NCBI RefSeq assembly: GCF_030144855.1
Contig: NC_082710.1
Coordinates: 170,624,001-170,688,000, forward strand
Source of the DNA: Hypanus sabinus
Taxonomy: Eukaryota
DNA length: 64,000 nucleotides
Direction of reading: 5' to 3'
Under the pieces are notes generated by a model. It made no database searches. It saw nothing but the letters and a program-made list of their open reading frames with translations, and was not told where the DNA came from. A program made the position numbers and the translations under genes. Shown here one piece after another: positions 38,071 to 50,175 of this stretch. Position 1 is the first letter of the stretch; the number at the start of each line of letters is the position of its first letter.

Positions 38071-40919
38071 TTTCAGAGTGAGAGAAAGAGTTGCTGTTAA
38101 ATGTTTACTCCAATCAAAATACAAAATTAATTGAACACTCACTCCAGCTCCATTGAGGTGAAGTGAATGCAATCCTGGTATAAGCAGAACCACAGCCACT
38201 GATCCACCAGAGATGCAATGCATTCTCGATGGGTCACAGAATTCCTGCAGCATGGACTTCACTGCCTGGGTCAACACTGGACTATTGCAAACTTACTTGA
38301 TCAGCCAGCACCCCCCACGCCACTAAAGAGGGGGTGTTGTTTATCTCACTGTCTCTCAGTGATGGGATCAGTGATGCTTGAATTCGAACATTAATCCTAA
38401 CTATTCACACAGACAATTTCAATTGATTTGACGACAGGTTTCTCAGGCGATTCTGTGGAATTCACTGACAGGACTGACCTTGGGCAATGGTTTCACTCAT
38501 TCTACATTCTGACTTAGCATGACTTGAATTGGGGAAGCTCCTTTTCTAGTTGTACTTGGCTTCCAAAGAGAAGAAATGTGTGTCCGATGAATGGGACAGA
38601 TTCGGGTTGAAGACTAATGGACTGTGTCAATGTGAGGATTCTGCCTTCAGTTGGAAGAACCCTCCAGGGCAGAGACAGAATCAGGGGTTTGGATTCATCC
38701 AACGTGGCTTAACTACTGAATGTGCATCTGACTACTCAATGGACAAGAAGCTGAGAGTCTGAGAGCTTCAATGGGACATTTGTCATTGCTCCCCATGACC
38801 TCAAGTTATTCATTAAACCATCGCCTTTCTCCCACACTGCTCAGCCAGTGGGGTGACAAACAAGTCCAACAGCCACCTCCCAATCGATGGATTTCACAGG
38901 CCATTATCCAACATGGGTGAAAGACTCGATCTGTGGAGGGGGTAAAGTGGGCTTTAACCCAACTTTGGGGGGGGCTGTGAAACCTGGTAGGGGGAGGAAA
39001 ACATCAGATTCTGGCTAGACTTGGGTCCTAAGGAGCGGCCCACAAGTCCGGTGAGTTAGTCTAGTTCACCCTGTAAAACATTGAGATGGGACAGAGAGTG
39101 CATAGTCATGTCTGGTTCCACTCTCTCATCTCCTCTTCCCCCCACCATGCAGAGTCCAGTCTGGTCCTGACATTAGACAGAATCTCGGGGGGGTAAAGTG
39201 AGATAGGGGAGGCAAATGCTGTCCCCAATTTCCTTGATGTGAATGGTGCTGGTCATCATTGGGAGTGCAGAGAGGTGCATCAATCAGCAGCTTTCTAAGC
39301 AATTCGGCCTCTTATAAACTTCCTTCCAACCATCCTCCACCTCTTGCCACCTTCCTCAACCCCCCCCACCCTCCTCATGAATCATTCACCTTCTGTGGTG
39401 CTGGTACACGCCAGCGTTCAATGCCCATCCCTAACTGACCCAACACCCATTGGTCCCTGCAGCAAGTCACCTGGTTAGGATGGAGATCACTCTTAGTCAC
39501 AATGAAAGCTGTAATGGGCTTGAGGGGCTGAATGTCCTTCTCTGGTCATTGCTGAGAGTCTGGAGCCATGAATAGAACTTTGCTATGAAAGCCCATCAAC
39601 ACATGCAGGTAGTCGGTCTGACACTTCACTGACATTGAGTAAATGTAGCTTAAATCGCATCTCTGCCTCCATGAGTGAGTATTGTAACCACAATAGGCAA
39701 CTGACTGGACCCATCCCCTCACACCCCTTCACTCACCTCACCCAGCCCACAGTACAGAAATCCCACAAGCTGGCTTGTATTACTCTGAAATATACAGGGT
39801 CTGGAGATGACTTGATTGAAGGAGTGTTTTTGGGTGTAGGGGTGGGGGGAGTGTGGATATTAAGGAGCCAATGAAAGATATTCCTGCTGATGGAAGTTTG
39901 AGGAAAGGGGAGAGAACCTTACTAGAAGCCCAGTCCAGGAATTTTCAGAGTGAACCTGAAATTCGCTTGCTGGAAATCCAGATTAATGCGCGCACACATA
40001 CAATGCTGGATGATCTCGGCAGGCCAAGCAAAATCAGTGGAGAGGACTAAACAGTGGATGTTTGGGGTGAGGACTGTCAGGACTCTCTCAAACTGAAGGT
40101 TGAAATATGGGGCTTCAATCTGCACGTTCTAATTCCATCAATGCGTTCTGCCCTGGGTTGATGAGTCTGGCAGAGAAGGAAGGTGAAAGGGCTTGGGAGG
40201 TAGACCAGTCTCCATCACATTAAAAGGCTGGAGGGTCAAAGCCTCACTGCTACCCTATAAAATATTAAACTGCAAAAATGGCTTAAGCATATAAGCTGTA
40301 CCAATCTGGTCAGGTGAGTTACAAACCAAAGGCAGAAAATGTCGGAAGATCTATCTCAGCCAGTCAAGCAGCATGTCTGGAAAGAGTGTGCAGTTAATGT
40401 TTCGGATCAGGAATTCTCAGTGCAAACCAGAGACTCAGGGTGACTCTGATGCATGGAACAGGCTGCATTCCTAGACATTACTGTTCTGTTTCCAATTCCA
40501 GTTTGATTTTGGTTTCAGTCCTGCAAACCCAAAATGTCCACTGTTTCTTTCTTCTCACAGATGCTGCTCAACCCTCTGAGTTCCTCCAGCAAGTTGTATG
40601 TTGCTGCAGATTCCAGCATCTGCAGTCCCTCATGTCACCTGATTAGTTTGCCTGTGTATGGGTGCGTTAGTGTAGAATCACAATCAGACGATAATTTCAC
40701 TGCAAATCTCATGTAGATATGGTGCTGTCATCTCGTCGTTTAATCTTTGAACTCTTTCTTTGGAGAGGTGTATAGTTTCCTACCAGTCCAACTACTGCTC
40801 AGGCAGGTACTTTAAACATCCTGCCTTCAAATCCAGGAATAGGGTGGTCATTTGTTCTTAAACCATTCAACGTACCACAGGTACTGTGGATGTTTAAGAT
40901 TGTAGATGAGGAGGAAGTG

Positions 40920-41401
40920 CACGCAGTGGCCATTTTACTAGGCATGCTTGTACCCCTGCTCATTAATGCAAATATCTAATCAGCCGATTATGGTGGCAGC
41001 AACTCAATACATAAAAGCATGCAGACATGGTCAAGAGGTTCAGTTGTTATTCAGATCAAGCAACAGAATGGGGAAGAAATGTGATCTAAGTGTCTTTGAC
41101 CATGGAATGGTTGTTGATGCTAGACTGGCTGATTTGAGTGTCTCAAACTACTGATCTCTTGGAAATTGTAAGCACGCCGTCCTTAGGGTTTACAGAGAAT
41201 GGTGCAAAAAAAAATACTGTGGATGAAAGCACCTTGTTAATGAGAGAGGTAGGAGGAGAATGCTCTGACTGGCTCAAGCTGACAGAAAGGCGACAGTAAC
41301 TCAAATAACCAAGTGGTGTGCAAAAGAGCATCTCTGAACGCTCAACACGTCGAAACTTGAAGCGGTTCCACTGCTCTACCTAATAAAGTGGCCACTGAGT
41401 G
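40920..41401. mobile_element. Second copy of the same Tc1/mariner-like family, inside the probable DDR1 3'UTR
   Basis: CACGCAGTGGCCATTTTACTAGG ... CCTAATAAAGTGGCCACTGAGTG; the interior is the reverse complement of parts of 32625-33155. Confidence 0.65.
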
Positions 41402-41614
41402 CATATGTGTAGTATAAATTTATTGATGTATACGGTGAAATATTAATGGGTATTTTTTTTCTAAACCTTTTGTGTCATGGAATCAAACTGTCCTGAATTC
41501 TGTGGGGGATGTGTGTAAATATTTTACGAAGAGATTTTTACACTAATATATATGAAATCACTTTAACGCTTCTCGGTAGATCTTGTTCTTGCTTGCATTG
41601 CTGTAGATGTTTGT

Positions 41615-41640
41615 AATAAAGTGTCGTTTGAGTGTTTAAT
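41615..41640 (+). promoter_or_regulatory. Probable DDR1 polyadenylation signal
   Basis: AATAAA at 41615-41620 followed by GT-rich gtgtcgtttgagtgttt. It ends a non-repetitive AT-rich stretch containing GATTTTTACACTAATATAT (41533-41551), which I recall near the end of the human DDR1 3'UTR. Confidence 0.55.
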
Positions 41641-42429
41641 GCTTGCGTTCTGCGTCTCGCATCTCGGGAGGAAATCGGAACACCCGGAAAACCTGCACGT
41701 TGGTAGGGGGTGTGTGAGAACCCCGCGCAGAGACAGTGCCGAAGGTTGAGGTTGAACCCGGGTCGCTGTGGCCCTGAGGCGGCAGCTGGGTCTCTCAGTG
41801 CCTCCCGGGGCCGAAGAATGGGAGAGATGAGAGCGTCTCATGTGGCCGGGGACTCCCCGGTAATATTAAGGCCAGAGTTAAAGTGAGCACCGAGGCCCTG
41901 TGCTGGCGAGCATGCCTGGAGGAATTCAGCGCGTTAAGGCGCATCTAAGGACTGAAATGGACAGTCGTTTCGGGCCGAAACCTTGATAACTACCAGAGGA
42001 TGAGGGGGGCAGAAACCAGAATAAAAACGTGGTGGGATTTACAAGCTGGAAGGTGATAAGTTAATTGGGTTAGTTTTAAAGTTAGAGTGGTGAAAGTTTA
42101 GAGTCATAGCTATACGGCACGCAAACTGGCCTTTCCATCCATCCTGTCCATTGTGACCAAGTTGCGAAACTGAGCTAGTCCAGTTTGACCCATATCCCTC
42201 AAAACATTTCCTACCAATGTACCTGTCCAAATGTCTTTATAATGTAATTGCGTTCACCTCCACCACATCCTCTTGCAGTTTTTTTCCAATATGCCCACTA
42301 CCAAATTAAGCTTTGACCAGCGATCAACCCATACACCGTATCGGAAATTTGAGAGGAGGGGATTTCACTCAGGTCCACTGTCCCAGTAGAAAAAGTTAGC
42401 AGCGAATGGGGGCAGTGTAGTTTAGCTTT

Positions 42430-44830
42430 GACCAGCGACAAATCAGCGTTTGGGATTGATTCGTAAGAGCAAATTTAAGGAAGGCGTGGCCAAGCACAAC
42501 AGCCATTCTTCGAGTGAACAGAGTCAGAACGGTGATCTTGAGCCTTTAGTTCTTCGAAGCTTCAGTCGGAGAAAGCAAAGGATAGAAAAGCTGAAGGTTA
42601 AGTTTTGCCCCTTTCCCTTTTTATACCTGGTGTTAGGGCAGCAGAGATGCCAGGCAGTTGAATGCTCCTCTTTCGGGCTGTGGAAAAGCAGGGAGACCCC
42701 CAATGTCCCTGACGACTCCATCTGCGAGGTGCATCCAGATGCAGTTCTAACAATCCGCGTTAAGCAGTTGGAGCGGGAACTGGATGAACTTCGGATCATT
42801 GGGGGTGGGGGAGGGGTGATTGATAAGACATTTGGAGGGGTACTTCCACCCAAAGTTCAGGGCACACGAAAATGGGTGACATGAAGGGTAAGGGGTTAAG
42901 AAGCTGGTGCAGAGTACCCCTGTGGCCATTCCCCTCAACAGCAGGTGTGTTTAACACATGGGTAAGGAGTTGAGGGCATAAGTAGGAGGGAGGGCATTAG
43001 ATTTTTGGATCATTGGACTCTTTAACAGGGAAGGTGGGACCAGCACAGGAGGGATGGTTTGCACCTGAAAAGATGGGGGACTAATACCCTAGCAGGAAGG
43101 GTTGTTGATGCTACATAGTGGGGTTTCAACTAGAGTTGCAGGGGGATGGAACCAGAGTACTATAACAGTTAGTTGAGAAGTTACAGAGACAGAAATTGGA
43201 AAGATGTCAGAAAAAGTCAGGAATCAAAAGTTAAGCATTAGTCTAGTGTCCTGGGTTGTGTATGTTTCAATGTAAGAGGTATTGTAGGAAGGGTTCATGG
43301 CCAATTGATCAATGCCTGGAATTATGACGTTGTAGCCATTAGTGAGACTTAGTTGCAGGACGCTCAGGGTTGGCAGCTCAACATCTCAGGGTTCTGTTGT
43401 TTCAGATGTGACAGAGTGGAAGGGATTGAAGGAGGAGAGATGGTGTTATCATTCAGGGAAAATATCACGGCAGTGCTCTGTCAGGGCAGACTGGAGAACT
43501 CAACGAGTGAGGTGTTTGGGTGGAACTGAGAAATAAGAAGGATATGCCCTTGTTATTGGGACTATGTTACAGGTCACCTAACAGTCCACAGGATTTAGAG
43601 GAACAAATTTGTTGATATTGCAAACTGTTGCAAGAAAAATAACATTGTTATAGAAGGTGATTTTAACTTTCCACATTGACCGGGAATCGCACACTGTAAA
43701 AGGACTAGATGGGCACGGTTTGTCAAATGCATTCAGGAAAGTTTCTTTCATCAGTACACAGAAGTCCTAACAAAAGAGCATGCAATACTGGATCTGGTAA
43801 AAGGGAATGAAACTGGGCAGGTGAAAGTTTATGTCTGGGAGCACTTTGCATCCCATGACCACAATACCCGTAGTTTCAAAGTGAGTATCTTAAAAGATAA
43901 GTTTGGTCCTCGGGTGGAGTTTCTAAATTGGAGAAATGCCAATTTTGTGGATTGGAACTGGCTGTTACCTGGTGAAGGTGTACTTGGAAAGTGGGAACAT
44001 TCTAAAACAAGATTTTGAGAGGTCAAAGCTTGTATGAGCTTGTTTGAGAGATCAATGCTTGTATGAGGCAGAAGGAATTTAATGCAGGTAAGTGCAAGGT
44101 TTTGCACTTCAGTAGGAGCAGGGTAAGCCTTACACATCGAACGGTAGGGCACTTAGGAGTATGGTAGGGCAAAGAGATTTGCGAATACAGGTACATAATT
44201 CATTGTAAGTAGTGACACAGGTAAATAGGGTAGTAAAGCAAGTTTTTGGCATATTGGCCTTCATAAATCAATCTATTCAGTAGAGCAAATGGGATGTTAT
44301 GTTGACATTGCTGATGCCTTATTTGGAGTAATGTGTGCAGTTTTGGTCACACACCTACAGGACAGATGTAAACAAGGTTGAAAGAGTACAGGGAAAACTT
44401 GCAAGGATCTGGGGAACCTAAGTTATAAGGAGAGATTGAATAGATTAGGACTGTATTCTTTAGAACGTTGAAGATTCTGAGATTTGATACAGTTATACAA
44501 AATTATGCCGGATATAGTTAGGATAAATGCAAGCAGGTGTTTTCCACTGAGATTGGGTGATAGTACAAGCAGTAGTCACGGATTAAGGGTGAACAGTGAA
44601 AAGTTTAAGGGGAACGTGAGGGGAAATTTCTTCACTCAGCAGGTCTTGAGAGTGTGGAATGAGCTTTCAGCACAAATGGTGCACATGAGCGATTTCAATG
44701 TTCAGGATAAGTTTGAATAGGTCCATGGATATTAGGGATATGAGGGCTATGGTCCCCGTGCAGGTCAATGGGAGTAGGTGGGTTCGGCATGGACTTAATG
44801 GACCAACGGATCTGTTTCTGTGTTGTACTT
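42430..44830 (+). mobile_element. Degraded, internally deleted CR1 retaining ORF1, endonuclease and RT 3' parts
   Basis: ORF1-like VECSSFGLW...RVKQLERELDELRII (42450-42884); endonuclease-like segment ~43240-43700; RT C-terminus and CR1 tail to ~44830. Confidence 0.75.
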
Positions 44831-44919
44831 TTCTACCTTCTTCGTGAAAACTTGCCCTGCAGGTCTGAGGTCTGTTTAACATTTTCTCTCCTCACTATCT
44901 GAATGGTGTCAAGTAAGGA

Positions 44920-45650
44920 AAAGGGGAAGTACAACGAGATCTAGGTGTCCTAGTTCATCGGTCACTGAAAGTAAACATGCTGGTACAGCAGGTAGTGAAG
45001 AAAGCTAATGGCATGTTGGCCTTCATAACAAGGGGAGTTGAGTATAGGAGCAAAGAGGTCCTTCTGCAGTTGTACAGGGCCCTGGTAAGACCACACCTGG
45101 AGTATTGTGTTCAGTTTTGGTGTCCAGATTTGAGAAAGGACATTCTTGCTATTGTGGGAGTGTAGCGTAGGTTCACAAGGTTGATTCCCGGGATGGTGGG
45201 ACTGTCATATATTGACCGATTGGAGCGACTGGGCTTGTATACACTGGAATTTAGAAGGATGAGAGGGGATCTGGTTGAAACATATAAGATTATTAATAGA
45301 TTGGACACGCAAGAGGCAGGAAACATGTTCCCGATGTTGGGGGAGTCCAGAACCAGAGGCCACAGTTTAAGAATAAGGGGTAGGCCATTTAGAACAGAGT
45401 TCAGGAAAAAACTTTTTCACTCAGAGAGTTGTGGATCTGTGAAATGCTCTGCCTCAGAAGGCAGTGGAGGCCAATTCTCTGGATGTTTTCAAGAAAGGGT
45501 TAGATAGAGCTCTTAAAGATAGTGGTGTCAAGGGATATGGGGAGAAGGCAGGAACAGGGTACTGATTGTGGATGATCAGCCATGATCACATTGAATGGCG
45601 GTGTTGGGTCGAAAGGCCGAATGGCCTACACCTGCACCTGTTGTCTATTT
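44920..45650 (+). mobile_element. CR1-type LINE 3' fragment, relatively young
   Basis: VKKANGMLAFITRGVEYRSKEVLLQLYRALVRPHLEYCVQFW (44977-45165) and a continuation ORF at 45181-45507. Confidence 0.85.
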
Positions 45651-45654
45651 TTTA

Positions 45655-47620
45655 TTGTCTGTTGTGCTGGGCGCAGAGGCTGGTGGGGTGGTAGGTGAGG
45701 ACAAGAGGAACCGTATCCCCGGTAGCGTGCCGGGATGATGGGGTAAGGTCAGACGTGTATGAAATGGAAGAGATACGATTGAGGGCAGTGTTGATGGTGT
45801 AGGAAGGGAAGCCCCTTTGAAAAAAAAAAGACATCTCCTTCGTTCTAGAATGAAAAGCCTCATCCTGAGTGCAGATGCGGCCCGAAACGTCGACTGTACT
45901 TTGTTTTCCGTAGATGCTGCCTGGCCTGCTGAGCTCCTCCAGCCGTTTGTGTGTGTTTCTTGAATTTCCAGCATCTGCAGATTTTCTCTTGTTTGTGATT
46001 TGACTCTTCATTCCTTTCTGTGGATGTTACCTGCTCTGCCGAATTCCTCCAGCATTTAGTTCATGTTACCAATTTGTAATACTATTTTCATTTTGCTGTT
46101 ATTTGTCTTGTTCAGCCTCAATGCATTGGGTAATGACTTGATCTGTATGACCAGTGTGCAAGACGGGCTTTTCACTGTATCTCAGTACATGTGACAATAA
46201 TAAACCAATTCCAAATCCAGTTCCAGAGTTTTGCAAAAAAAAAATGCGGCGGGGGAAGTTTTAGTAGCACGGAACGGCACAGATCGAAGCTCCGGATAAA
46301 AGAGAGGGCATTAGGAACTAAATGAAGGCCCTGTGTTCAAAATAGCGACATTGTAATATGGCCGTGACTGGATGTAGATATTTCCGGAGACAGGCTGTCT
46401 ACCGATATATTTTATAAACCAAAGGATCCCACGACTAACTTGACTATCCTCCCCCTCCCCCCCCCCCACACACAAATACATCCTGTGAAACAGCCATTTT
46501 CTCGATTCGTTCGCCTCCGCCGCATTCGATCCCAGAACGAGGCTTTTCTTTCAACATCAAAGAAATCACCCTTCTTCAGATAATGGGGTTTCCCATCCTC
46601 CACCACTGATGCTACCGTCACCCGTCTCTCTTCCATTTCCCGTACACCCACGCTCACCCCATCTTCACGCCGCCTTAACAGGACTAATTTCTCTGCTCCT
46701 CACTTATCGGCCCGTGCCCATCCGCATCCAACACATAATTCTCTGCAACATTTCCCTTTTCAACGGGACCCTGCCGCCAAACACATCTTTACCCCCCCCC
46801 CCCTCAACTTCGCGTTGCACAGGGTTTGCTCCCCCCGTGACTCCCTTGTCCACTCGTCTGTCCCCACTCATCTCCCTCCTGTCACTTATCCCTGCAAGGG
46901 TCAAAGGGTGCTCCACCTGCCCATTCGCCTCCTTTCTCACCTCCATTCAGGGCTCCAAACAATCCTTCCATGTAGACAGCACTTCACCCGCGAATCTGTT
47001 GTGGTCGTTTACTGTATATTCCGTGCTCCCAGTGCGGCCTCTGCTACGTTGCTGAGACCTGCCGTAGATTTACCGCTTTGTCAAGCACCCGCTCCATCAA
47101 GGAAAAGCGTTGTTTCCCGGTGGCGAAATATTTTAATTACTGTCACCATTCCCAGTCTGATATGTCGTTCCATGGTTTCCTTTTCTGCCACGATGAGACC
47201 AGCCTCAGGTTGGAGAAGCAACACCTCATATTCCGTCCAGGAAACCTTCGAACTGATGCCAATAACATCAACTTTTCCAGCTTCCGATAATTCCCCCACA
47301 CCCCCGCCTCTTTAGTCAATTCCCCATTCAGGTGTCTTACGCTGGTGCCATTCTTCCTTCCACTCTCCTCTCCTATCAGATTACTTCTTCTCCAGTCCCT
47401 TACATTTTCCACCTATCACCTCCTAGCTTCTTTCTTCATGCCCCCTCCCCTCCCCACCTGGCTTCGCCACTCTAGCTTGTCCATCTTCCCCTGCCCTCTT
47501 CCCATCTTTTTTATTGTGTCATCTTCCCCCTTCCTTTCCAATCCTGATTAAAGGCATTGGCTTTATTTCCTTAGATGCAGTTCCTCCAGCATTCTGTGTG
47601 TTTTGCCGTAGTCTTCTATG
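45655..47620. mobile_element. Penelope-like element remnants (minus piece ~45655-45880, plus piece ~46360-47620 with GIY-YIG region and pseudo-LTR)
   Basis: RRICTQDEAFHSR-like RT C-terminus; FTRESVVVVYCI resembles the GIY-YIG FTCESxxVIYCI; tail with gaaacgtcgact / gatgctgcctggcctgctgag. Confidence 0.65.
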
Positions 47621-48318
47621 CCGTGGGTTTCAGTTAAACACCCTAGTTACTGGTACTGCATTTACCACTGACTTAGTGTTTCCGTATTTCAGGTGAAGAA
47701 AAACTTTCTCAATTGGCCTCTAAACCTTCTTTTCCTTAAACTTATGTCCTCTGGTTATATTCTCTGCTAAAGGGGAAACTGTCTCATCGACTTTGCTGTC
47801 TATAACCCTCGTAGCTCAATCAGATTACGCTTCTGTCTCCTCTGCTCCAAAGTGTAAAGGAAAAACAGCCTGGCCCATGTGTTTGCCGACCTGGGTAAGA
47901 AAGAAAAAGAGAGATAGAACTGGGATCCAACATCAAGATGCAATAAGCATCTATGGTTTTGCATACACCCCGGAGGTAATTTGACATAACCTATTATCCC
48001 CGTTACAGCCAGCACGCAGTTCGACTATAATTGTCTAATCCCGCACCCACCCTCACCAACCATATATCTCCCGAATCAGAATTTCAGGTGACTTTGCCGA
48101 AACGATTTCACTGCGGCCGGGGAGACTGAGGTGGCCTTCAGTTGCCCGAACCATTTCTTTTATCTGCGGAAGGTAGCCCTTCGACTTACGTAAATCTGAC
48201 ATTTTACGGAAACAGGTCAGGTAGATCTGTGTTTTGTACCCAACATGTCAAATGTCCAGACCTGATACAATGAATGCATATATTGAACGACACCATGCAC
48301 ACAAGGAAAGCTGCTCAT

Positions 48319-48613
48319 TATATAAATATAGATTGGAATTCCCCCCTCCCCGAGTGAAGACGTTTCTGCTCACTTCAGTCCTAAACAACCGTGGCCTTGT
48401 TCGAAATTCCCCAGAGAAAACTTCCTCTGGTCTATGAAGTCCCCGCTAAGAAAGCTTTTGTAAAATCTCTCTCTGTGCTTATAAATCTGGGGAATATTTG
48501 GGGCGCGCGCGCATCCGTGACTATCTCTGTGACTCGCTTCCCTGTGGCTCACCTGCAAGGCTTTATATCGCGCGAGTGGCTCAGCAGACACTAAAACAAA
48601 GCGGCAGGTATTT
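48319..48613. promoter_or_regulatory. Candidate NF-kB/ETS-rich promoter or enhancer
   Basis: TATATAAATATA 48319-48330; kB-like GGAATTCCCC 48335, GAAATTCCCC 48403, GAAGTCCCC 48436, GGGGAATATT 48489; ETS/PU.1-like ACTTCCTC 48420; TTTATAT 48562; CpG-rich, non-repetitive. Confidence 0.4.
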
Positions 48614-48818
48614 TTGGCAGCGTGAATATATCTATGTTAATAGCACCACGTACGAAGCCTGTCTGTGTGAACATTCTGCAAGATTTATGTATTTATCTTT
48701 GAGCAAGAGAGAGAGTTTGTTAAAGAGAGACAGACTGAGATCCTAAACAGGGAGAGTAAAGAGCGAATGTGTGTGCGTGTGTCTATGAATACGAGTTATT
48801 TTTATAAATGTGTGTAAG

Positions 48819-48820
<2 letters not shown>

Positions 48821-48872
<52 letters not shown>
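48821..48872. repeat. (GA)26 microsatellite
   Basis: Direct reading. Confidence 0.95.
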
Positions 48873-48876
<4 letters not shown>

Positions 48877-49235
48877 TTAAGGAAGTGATGGTTCTGTGGG
48901 TAATCTGAATGTATGTGTGTACATGTAGCAGAGAGATTTGCATGTGTATACATGAGGGAGAGAAAGTTACCAAGTCCAGGAAGGACCTGTGTAGCAGGGG
49001 ACAGCGGGATTGCTCTCTAGGGTGGAAAATTAGCGAGGCACTTTTGTTTGCTCCTCTCTAAACTTCTTTCGCCTGGAAGTCTCAAGTTAGGTACCATCCA
49101 GGGCAACTGGGTTCCGTTTCAAGCTACCCGGACCTCAAGCTGCAGGTCACAGTGAACTATAGTGTTATCGAGTCACAAATAATCAGGAACAAATAATCAG
49201 GCCCTTCAGCCACCTGGTCTATACCGACCAAAATG

Positions 49236-50175
49236 TTTATCTAAACTAATCATTCGATCAGCAGATTTGCTGATGATACAAAGATTGGAGGTGTAGTGGA
49301 CAGTGGTGAAGGTTTTCAAAGCTTGCAGAGGGATCTGGACCAGCTGGAAAAATGAGCTGAAAAATGGTAGATGGAGTTTAAAACAGACAAATGTGAGGTA
49401 TTGCACTTTGGAAGGAAAACCCAAGGTGGAACATACAAGGTAAATGGTAGGAAACTAAGGAGTGGAGTAGAACAGAGGGATCTAGGAATACAGATATAAA
49501 ATTCCCTAAAAGTGGCGTCACAGGTAGATAGGGTAGTAAAGAGAGCTTTTGGTACATTGGCCTTTATAAATCAAAGTATTGAGTATAAGAGTTGGAATGT
49601 TATGGTGAGGTTGTATAAGGCATTGGTGAGGCCGAATTTGGAGTATTGTGTACAGTTTTGGTCACCGAATTACTGGAAGGATATTAATAAGGTTGAAAGA
49701 GTGCAGAGAAGGTTTACGAGGATGTTGCCGGGACTTGAGAAACTGAGTTACAGAGAAAGGTTGAATAGATCAGGACTTTATTCCCTGGAGCATAGGAGAA
49801 TGAGGGGTGATTTGATAGAGGTGTATAAAATTATGATGGGTATAGATAGAGTGAATGCAAGCAGGCTTTTTCCGCTGAGGCTAGGGGAGGAAAAAAAGAG
49901 GACATGGGTGAAGAGTGAAGGGGGGAAAAGTTTAAAGGGAACATTAGGGGGGGCTTCTTCACACAGAGAGCGGTGGGAGTGTGGAATTAGCTGCCAGATG
50001 AAGTGGTAAATGCGGGCTCACTTTTAACATTTAAGAAAAACTTGGACAGGTGCATGGATGAAAGGTGTATGGAGGGATATGGGCCAGGTGCAGGTCAGTG
50101 GGACTAGGCAGAAAAATGGTTCGACACAGCCAAGAAAGGCCAAAAGGCCTGTTTCTGTGCTGTAATGTTCTATGG
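49236..50175 (+). mobile_element. CR1-type LINE 3' fragment with a 165-aa open RT C-terminus
   Basis: KFADDT-like start; ORF 49512-50009 ...RPNLEYCVQFWSP...RRFTRMLPGL...RRMRGDLIEVYKIM. Confidence 0.85.

Noticed and set aside
47829-47890. 62-nt phase 1->0 minus exon, the same size as an AIF1 exon (AIF1 neighbours NCR3 in human)
   Set aside because: The translation has no similarity to AIF1.
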